DNA of 64,000 nt from an uncultured Alphaproteobacteria bacterium (GTDB lineage Bacteria > Pseudomonadota > Alphaproteobacteria > Methylaequorales > Methylaequoraceae), in the NCBI GenBank assembly GCA_902579395.1, contig CACHGK010000002.1:155767-219766 (forward strand), given 5' to 3'. Below, piece by piece: positions 57,905 through 64,000 of the stretch. Position 1 is the stretch's first letter; every line of letters begins with the position of its first letter. Position numbers and translations under genes: made by a program. The notes beneath the pieces were generated by a model, which ran no database searches, was not told the origin of the DNA, and was given only the letters and a program-made list of their open reading frames with translations.

Positions 57905-57945
57905 ATATGCAAATAAATTGCAAGAAACTATAATTCTAAATAAAA

Positions 57946-58812
57946 ATGTTACCTATTTTTTTGCTCATTTTATCATGTCTTTTGTTCTCAATTATGGCTG
58001 CATTAGTTAAATTTAATTCACAATTTATACACCCAATTGAACAGTCATTTTTCAGGAACTTTATAAGCATTTTTATTTTACTTCCTTTTGTTTTTAAGGC
58101 TAAGAAATTTTTAAATAAAAAAAAAAATATTAAACTACTTTTTCTAAGAGGGCTTTTTGGTGGTATTACCATGATTCTCCTCTTCTGTTCCTATACCTTG
58201 ATTCCACTATCTCAAGCGATGGCAGTTAGTTTTAGCACGCCTCTTTTTATTTATTTGGGTGGAATTATTTTTTTTAAGGAAAAAACTAGCAAGTTTAATC
58301 TATCCATGCTTTTTATCGGATTTATTTTAACAATAATTATTATTAGACCTGATTTAGAAATTAAGCTTGGAACACTTCTAGCATTATTTGCAGCCTTAAC
58401 ACATGCAGTAGCAGGTTTATTAGTAAAGGAAATATCGAGGAGTGAGTCAACAATTATCTTGATGTTTAGTATGGTAATTCTAATGAGTCCAATTACTTTC
58501 TTACCTTCAATATATGTTTGGACATCTTTCAAAAACTTAGATTCTTATCTTATTCTTTTTTTAATTGCTGTTATAGCAACTCTTGGCAATTATTGCTGGA
58601 CAAGGGCTTTGAGTGATTCTAAATTAACAAATCTGATGCCTTTTGATTTCTCAAGATTAATCTTTGCGACTGCTATAGGTTTAATATTTTTTGATGAGAA
58701 GGTTGATTTTATAACAATATTTTGCGGATTATGTCTTATAATTTGCACGAACTTGACAGCCTTAAAAATAAAGAAAAATGCAGATTCTAAAACCGTATTA
58801 TCAAATAATTAG
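57946..58812 (+). CDS. DMT-superfamily (EamA-type) transporter
   Basis: Ten hydrophobic segments in a two-EamA-repeat layout. Confidence 0.75.
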   Translation: MLPIFLLILSCLLFSIMAALVKFNSQFIHPIEQSFFRNFISIFILLPFVFKAKKFLNKKKNIKLLFLRGLFGGITMILLFCSYTLIPLSQAMAVSFSTPLFIYLGGIIFFKEKTSKFNLSMLFIGFILTIIIIRPDLEIKLGTLLALFAALTHAVAGLLVKEISRSESTIILMFSMVILMSPITFLPSIYVWTSFKNLDSYLILFLIAVIATLGNYCWTRALSDSKLTNLMPFDFSRLIFATAIGLIFFDEKVDFITIFCGLCLIICTNLTALKIKKNADSKTVLSNN

Positions 58813-59617
58813 TTGTTTCTTTTTTGCTCTATTAGGAGTTCAAATTAAGATATCTCTCAATTACACTGACATAGAGAATATTGTTTTTCATAGATCTTTT
58901 TTTGGATCAATTATACTTTTTTTATTAATCCTACTTGGTAAAGAAAAAATTTCTAGTCTATTTATTACAAACAATCTAAAAATTCATTTTTTAAGAGCAA
59001 TTTTTGGAATCTTAGCTATGTATTTTGGCTACAACGCTTTAAAATACTTGTCCCTAGCCCAAGCAAGCACTATTGGATTTTCAAAGGTTTTCTTTACATG
59101 TATAATTTCATCTGTAATTTTCTCTGAAAAATTAAATTTTAAGATATTTTTTTTGATTTTTTTTGGACTTCTTGGAATTTTTTTTATTACAAACCCTGAC
59201 CAGATAAATAGTCAAACAGGGCTATATATGTCATTATTTTCCGCTCTATGTGTTTCAGGAGGAATAATCTCAATCTCGTATCTTAGTAAAAGAGAAGAAA
59301 CAAGAATTATTCTTTTTTATCATTCATTAATTTCAACAGTAATTTTTTTTATATTATTTCTAAAAAAAATAAACTTTGAAATAAATCAGAATTTAGTAAA
59401 CCTTTTTATATTAACAATAACTGCTTTAATTGGTCAATATTTTAACACTGAATCATACAAAGAGTCTGAAACTAAGAATATTGTAATACTAAGTTATACT
59501 CGTATTATCTTTTCGGTTTTTTTTGGATACATTTTTTTTGAAGAAAACTTAACGAGTTTAAATATCTTAGGAATAATTATTGTCATTATTTCAAGTTTTA
59601 TGGTTCAAAGGAAATAA
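58778..59617 (+). CDS. DMT-superfamily (EamA-type) transporter, second copy
   Basis: Same architecture as the preceding gene. The starts/ends overlap, so the true start may be internal. Confidence 0.7.
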   Translation: MQILKPYYQIISCFFFALLGVQIKISLNYTDIENIVFHRSFFGSIILFLLILLGKEKISSLFITNNLKIHFLRAIFGILAMYFGYNALKYLSLAQASTIGFSKVFFTCIISSVIFSEKLNFKIFFLIFFGLLGIFFITNPDQINSQTGLYMSLFSALCVSGGIISISYLSKREETRIILFYHSLISTVIFFILFLKKINFEINQNLVNLFILTITALIGQYFNTESYKESETKNIVILSYTRIIFSVFFGYIFFEENLTSLNILGIIIVIISSFMVQRK

Positions 59618-59618
59618 T

Positions 59619-60659
59619 TTAAGGACAAGGATATGGATCATCATTATGTACTTTCTCAATCTCATCAATAATATCATTGGATAAATTAACTTTATACGAA
59701 TTGATGTTTTCTTTTAATTGATCTAAATTTGTGGCGCCTATAATGTTGCTGGTCAAGAAGTCCTTTGAATTCACATAACCTAAAGCCATTGAGGATGGCT
59801 TCAAGTTATGCCTTCTAGCTATGTCATTAAACCTTTCAGAACACCTCAAACCTTTTATTTTTGTATATCTTGTATACATGTCTCCATAAATTGTTAGTCT
59901 AGCACCATCAGGTTTCGCGCCATTATCATACTTGCCAGTCAACATTCCAAATGCCAAAGGTGAATATGCTAGTAACCCACAATTTTCCCTCATCGAAATT
60001 TCTGCCATACCAACTTCGTAACTTCTGTTAAGCAAAGAGTAAGGATTTTGAACTGACACTATCCTAGGCAGATTGTATTTATCTGCTACTGAAAGAAATT
60101 TCATTAATCCCCAAGGAGTTTCATTAGATAAACCAATATATCTTATCTTTCCATCTTTAATATTATCTGCTAAAACTTCAAGTTGAGTTTTTATATCAAT
60201 AAAGTCATTTTCTTCTTGATGTGTATATCCTAACTTACCAAAGAAATTTGCTTTCCTGTCTGGCCAGTGCAACTGATATAAATCAATATAATCTGTATTT
60301 AGTCTTTTAAGGCTTCCATTAATAGCCTCATTTATTTGTTCTTTATTGAGCCTTGTCTCTTTATTTCTAAACCACTTCATTCCCGATCTGCCAACTACCT
60401 TTGTTGCAATAATAATTTTATCTCTGCATTTTTTGTGATTAAGCCAATTTCCAATTATTGTCTCAGTTACCCCCCAAGTTTCTTTTCTGGGTGGAACTGA
60501 ATACAATTCAGCTGTATCAAAAAAATTTACCCCCTCATCAACCGCCAGGTCCATTTGATCAAAACCCTCCTTCTCAGTGTTTTGTTCTCCCCAAGTCATA
60601 GTTCCTAAACATATTAAACTAACTTTAATATCTGTATTTCCCAATTTTTTATATTTCAT
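59619..60659 (-). CDS. NADP-dependent aldo/keto reductase (Tas-like)
   Basis: LGTMTWG, FFDTAELY, DLYQLHWPD and IGLSNETPWG blocks. Confidence 0.9.
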   Translation of the reverse strand: MKYKKLGNTDIKVSLICLGTMTWGEQNTEKEGFDQMDLAVDEGVNFFDTAELYSVPPRKETWGVTETIIGNWLNHKKCRDKIIIATKVVGRSGMKWFRNKETRLNKEQINEAINGSLKRLNTDYIDLYQLHWPDRKANFFGKLGYTHQEENDFIDIKTQLEVLADNIKDGKIRYIGLSNETPWGLMKFLSVADKYNLPRIVSVQNPYSLLNRSYEVGMAEISMRENCGLLAYSPLAFGMLTGKYDNGAKPDGARLTIYGDMYTRYTKIKGLRCSERFNDIARRHNLKPSSMALGYVNSKDFLTSNIIGATNLDQLKENINSYKVNLSNDIIDEIEKVHNDDPYPCP

Positions 60660-60765
60660 AATTCAATAAAATTCTTGATTTAAAAAATTTCTAACATATT
60701 TTAACTATTAATTAATAATAGTAGTATAATATGCTACATGTAAACATTTTTATAAGGAGTTTATA

Positions 60766-61497
60766 ATGTCTTACGACTATGAAAGAGATCTTAAATCAAA
60801 AACTACTTCAGTAGAAATTGATCTGGGACTAAAGGCCTACATGAATAAGGTCTATTCTTTTATGGCAGTTGGTTTGGCACTTACGGGTGTTATTGCCCAT
60901 CTGACATCGACGTTGGCGTTTAATTTTTCAACAAATACTTACACTAACTTTGGTGCTACAATATATGGATCGCCTCTAGCATTCCTAATAATGCTTGCTC
61001 CATTAGGTTTCATAATAGCCTTAAACATGGGTATTTCAAAGATGAAAGAAAGCACTGTTCAAATATTATTTTGGGCTTTTGCTTCTGTAATGGGTTTATC
61101 CCTTTCTTCGATATTTATCCAGTATACAGGTGAATCCGTCGCTAGAGTGTTTTTTATTTCTGCCAGTGCTTTTGGAGCACTTAGCTTATATGGTTACACT
61201 ACAAAGAAAGATCTTACAGGTTGGGGGTCATTCTTATTTATCGGGTTAATTGGAATTATAATAGCATCTATTGTTAATATATTTGTAGCCAGCACCGCCT
61301 TACAATTTGGTATTTCAGTCATTGGAGTTTTGGTCTTTGCAGGCTTAACTGCCTATGATACCCAAAGAATTAAAGCGATGTATTATGATGGATCTGGACA
61401 AGAAGGCAAAAAAGCGATAATGGGAGCTTTAACCTTATATCTTGATTTCATCAATCTATTTATTATGTTGATTCAACTATTTGGCCAACGAAGATAG
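60766..61497 (+). CDS. Bax-inhibitor-1/YccA-family membrane protein
   Basis: SD AAGGAG; seven TM segments; LTAYDTQRIK and LYLDFINLF blocks. Confidence 0.9.
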   Translation: MSYDYERDLKSKTTSVEIDLGLKAYMNKVYSFMAVGLALTGVIAHLTSTLAFNFSTNTYTNFGATIYGSPLAFLIMLAPLGFIIALNMGISKMKESTVQILFWAFASVMGLSLSSIFIQYTGESVARVFFISASAFGALSLYGYTTKKDLTGWGSFLFIGLIGIIIASIVNIFVASTALQFGISVIGVLVFAGLTAYDTQRIKAMYYDGSGQEGKKAIMGALTLYLDFINLFIMLIQLFGQRR

Positions 61498-61503
61498 TTT
61501 TAA

Positions 61504-61530
61504 GGGTTAATTAGTAATACTAATTAACCC
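61504..61530. terminator. Perfect 27-nt palindrome (13-nt arms) after the BI-1 gene: terminator-like hairpin or operator
   Basis: GGGTTAATTAGTA-A-TACTAATTAACCC, 7 nt after the TAG stop. It has GGG/CCC clamps but no downstream T tract. Confidence 0.4.
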
Positions 61531-61555
61531 ACCTATCAATGATCTTTTACCTACA

Positions 61556-62227
61556 GTGAAATTTCTTATTACACTAATCCTGCTGAAACTATTTTTTTTT
61601 ACCCAAAGTACTTTAAAGTCAGGTGATTTAAAACCGGACGACATTTTTTTCAATGTTTACAGGAATGACAGTCATATAGGATTCCATAAAATTAATTTTT
61701 TCAAAGATAATAATTTTTTAAAGGCTCTTATAGAAATCAAGTTTGAGGTAAAATTTCTGGGTTTTGTTGTTTATGATTATTTTCATAATAATACTGAAAT
61801 CTGGAACAAAAATTCTCTTGTAGAACTTAATTCAAGTACTGATAAAAATGGTGATCTATTAAATTGTAGTCTAAAAAAAACACCTACTGGATTATTAGTC
61901 GAGGGAACCAACGGTAATGAAAATCTTAACTCACCTCCTTTACCTTCAAGTTATTGGAATAAGATTTTAGTTGAAACGGGAGATAAAAAAATTCTTAATA
62001 CTCAAGATTGTAGTTACATTGACTTTAAAATCAATTTTATTGGCGAAGAAAAAATATATAAAAATTCATTAATTGCAGATCATTATAAATTACTTGGAAA
62101 AGAAATAACAGGCGAGCTAGTTGATATTGACATATGGTATAATAAATCAAATCAATGGGTAAAAATGGTATTTGTAAAAGATGGAAGTACCATTAAATAT
62201 CATTTAGATAAATATGACTCAGAATAA
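61556..62227 (+). CDS. Exported hypothetical protein
   Basis: GTG start; signal-like N-terminus. It overlaps the next gene by 14 nt. Confidence 0.5.
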   Translation: MKFLITLILLKLFFFTQSTLKSGDLKPDDIFFNVYRNDSHIGFHKINFFKDNNFLKALIEIKFEVKFLGFVVYDYFHNNTEIWNKNSLVELNSSTDKNGDLLNCSLKKTPTGLLVEGTNGNENLNSPPLPSSYWNKILVETGDKKILNTQDCSYIDFKINFIGEEKIYKNSLIADHYKLLGKEITGELVDIDIWYNKSNQWVKMVFVKDGSTIKYHLDKYDSE

Positions 62228-62984
62228 AAAAAAAATTGTTTGGATTACAGGTGGTGGAACAGGAATTGGGAAAGAACTTGCGAAAAACTTTTCTGATAGA
62301 AATTTTAGAGTCATTGTAAGCGGAAGGCGTCTAAAAAAGCTCAAAGATGTTCAAAAATACAATAAAACCAATATTATTCCAATAAGTCTAGATGTCTCCG
62401 ATCATAAAAAATGTAAAAAAGTTTCAGACCTAATTTTAAAAAAATATAAATCAATTGACATTATAGTTTTGAATGCAGCAACATATAGTCCCGGGTCTCT
62501 AGAGAAAATAAATGTCATTGAAATAAAAAAGATAGTAGAGACAAATATTTTAGGACCAATGAATTGTTTTTCTCCTTTTCTGGAATCTATGAAAAAAAAA
62601 AGAAAAGGTCACCTTGTTTTTGTTTCTTCACCAGCTGGATATCGAGGATTACCAGGAGCTGGAATTTATGGAGTAACAAAATCGGCAATAACTTTTCTTG
62701 CCGAAACACTTAAACTTGAATACGATCCCTATAACATTAAGGTTCAAGTTGTACATCCCGGGTTCATTAAAACTCCAATGACAGACAAAAATACTTTTGA
62801 TATGCCTTTTATAATGTCAGCAAAAAGAGCTGCGGATATTATAACTAAAAATATCTTTTCAAAAAAATTTGATATTTATTTTCCAAAAAGATTAATTTTA
62901 CCAATGAAGCTTTTACAGATTATACCCTTTTCTATATATTCTTTTTTAATGAGATATTTTGTTAAAAGAAAATTAAATGGATAA
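62214..62984 (+). CDS. Short-chain dehydrogenase/reductase
   Basis: ITGGGTGIGKE, NAA and YGVTK blocks. Confidence 0.85.
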   Translation: MTQNKKKIVWITGGGTGIGKELAKNFSDRNFRVIVSGRRLKKLKDVQKYNKTNIIPISLDVSDHKKCKKVSDLILKKYKSIDIIVLNAATYSPGSLEKINVIEIKKIVETNILGPMNCFSPFLESMKKKRKGHLVFVSSPAGYRGLPGAGIYGVTKSAITFLAETLKLEYDPYNIKVQVVHPGFIKTPMTDKNTFDMPFIMSAKRAADIITKNIFSKKFDIYFPKRLILPMKLLQIIPFSIYSFLMRYFVKRKLNG

Positions 62985-63381
62985 AGTACTTAAAAATTAT
63001 ATAAAATCTTTTGAAAATTTGAACGAAAATAATATCTCTAAACTTACAAAGCTTTGTTCTGAAGATGTGATTTTTATAGATCCATTTAATAAAATAAAAG
63101 GGAAAAAAAATTTAGAAAAAATGCTTATGGCAATGTTTCAAAAAACACAAAACCCCTCATTTAAAGTTATTTATTCCATTGGTAGTTCAAAACAAAGCAT
63201 AATAAAATGGAATTTTTCATGTCGTATCTTTAAAAAGTTTATTGAATTTGAAGGACTAAGCGAAATAAAAATAAAAAAGGGCTTGATAATAAAACACGAA
63301 GATTTTTGGGATAGTGGGAGTAACTTTTACGCTAACATTCCGATAGTTGGAAGATTGTTTAGAAATATAAAAAAAAATTAA
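62977..63381 (+). CDS. NTF2/SnoaL-like small protein
   Basis: Size and a DPF...G pattern. It sits between an SDR and a DUF3833 gene, as in the widespread lipid-modification cluster. Confidence 0.5.
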   Translation: MDKVLKNYIKSFENLNENNISKLTKLCSEDVIFIDPFNKIKGKKNLEKMLMAMFQKTQNPSFKVIYSIGSSKQSIIKWNFSCRIFKKFIEFEGLSEIKIKKGLIIKHEDFWDSGSNFYANIPIVGRLFRNIKKN

Positions 63382-63899
63382 TTTATTTTAAGAAACGTTA
63401 TAGTTACAACTCCTACAGTGAAACCCCACTTTTTTACTTCTGCTCGATTCATCAAAATGTTTCTATCTTGTAAAAACATCCAGTCGTCAAAATCCACCTG
63501 GATTGTGGAATCTTTAACTTTGAGATTTAATTTATATTTCCAATTCAAAGCATTTCCCTCAGACTCACCCAATGCTTCACCAACCACGTCATCTGCTGTT
63601 CCAGTATATTTTTTATTTCCCAATATCTTTATCTTCCATATTCTTTGATCTAATTCACCATCATCATAGACAAATTTTTCATCAAGGGTCAGTATGTCTT
63701 CGGATAATGTGCCTTGGATGTCTACTTTAAATGTCCTTTTCAGATTACCAAATCTGTCGTGAAATAATCCCCAAGCTTCGGTTCTTCCTAAAAAATATTC
63801 TTCAAGGGTAAATGTGGGTTTTGAATTAGAAAAATTATTTAAATTCATATCACTGGTACAAGAAGTTAAAAAAAATAGAATTAAGAAAAATAATCTCAC
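63378..63899 (-). CDS. DUF3833-family lipoprotein
   Basis: Lipobox LTSC. LEEYFLGRTEAWGLFHDRFG...YTGTADDVVGEA...FDDWMFL match my memory of the DUF3833 blocks. Confidence 0.75.
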   Translation of the reverse strand: MRLFFLILFFLTSCTSDMNLNNFSNSKPTFTLEEYFLGRTEAWGLFHDRFGNLKRTFKVDIQGTLSEDILTLDEKFVYDDGELDQRIWKIKILGNKKYTGTADDVVGEALGESEGNALNWKYKLNLKVKDSTIQVDFDDWMFLQDRNILMNRAEVKKWGFTVGVVTITFLKIN

Positions 63900-64000
63900 C
63901 TAACTAATATAGTAAATTAAAAATCGAATTCATCACTTAATTTTTTTTTGAATATTTATTAAATCTTGTTTAGATGATTTGACGTTTCTTAGAATATAAA

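Noticed and set aside
5695-63648. Many 60-120-aa track ORFs lying antisense to, or out of frame within, long conserved genes. Examples: 5695-5904, 9988-10278, 10465-10686, 13758-13964, 17404-17595, 19810-19998, 27828-28067, 28492-28674, 28853-29071, 29689-29880, 30709-30891, 31792-32139, 32237-32805, 33185-33382, 33849-34085, 35369-35551, 38088-38309, 39095-40010, 41158-42361, 43283-43540, 45031-45255, 49082-49303, 50110-50454, 51426-51617, 51939-52304, 52434-52634, 55244-55483, 57244-57578, 57936-58172, 58251-58532, 63418-63648.
   Set aside because: Each is fully overlapped by a longer ORF with clear family motifs. Their products are low-complexity, and none has a visible RBS or motif.
1-64000. 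CRISPR arrays, rRNA genes, IS elements/transposases, toxin-antitoxin pairs
   Set aside because: I saw no regularly spaced direct repeats, no rRNA-like conserved stretches, no transposase-like ORFs or terminal inverted repeats, and no small overlapping two-gene modules with recognisable TA motifs.

Overview
Very AT-rich, tightly packed bacterial chromosome segment. The gene content (gltBD, acnA, a complete ccmABCDEFGHI cluster, fdxA-carD, argG, folD) plus tiny spacers and overlapping start/stop codons fit a streamlined marine alphaproteobacterium of the Pelagibacterales (SAR11) type; this is inference from memory, nothing was searched. There are three zones. (i) 1-8917 is an accessory surface-glycan cluster: pyruvyl-transferase-like, SGNH-like, sulfatase/phosphoethanolamine-transferase-like, a polytopic membrane protein, an NAD epimerase, a GT2 and an FkbM methyltransferase. 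One gene in it is split by a frameshift in an A8 run. (ii) 8980-17238 is tRNA-His(GTG) followed by a composite island of about 8.2 kb. Three further copies of the tRNA-His 3' half partition it (one exact 48-nt copy, two diverged), and no recognisable integrase is present. The first segment (6.6 kb) carries a three-gene cassette: a 616-aa protein with a sigma-70 region-4-type HTH, a 673-aa MORC-like GHKL ATPase and a 640-aa DUF4338 (DruA-like) protein. I consider this cassette the best candidate for an undescribed defence/conflict system. The next two segments are single-gene cassettes. (iii) 17263-64000 is mostly core housekeeping and metabolism. Its odd spots are a GC-rich, possibly structured leader upstream of an ATP-grasp/alpha-E/transglutaminase operon; an ~840-bp ORF-free spacer; an unlisted 43-codon Cys-rich ORF; an unlisted ccmD; tandem PagL-like paralogues next to tRNA-Arg(CCT); an unplaceable 472-aa ORF; and a perfect 27-nt palindrome. 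All family assignments come from motifs read by eye and need HMM or structure confirmation.
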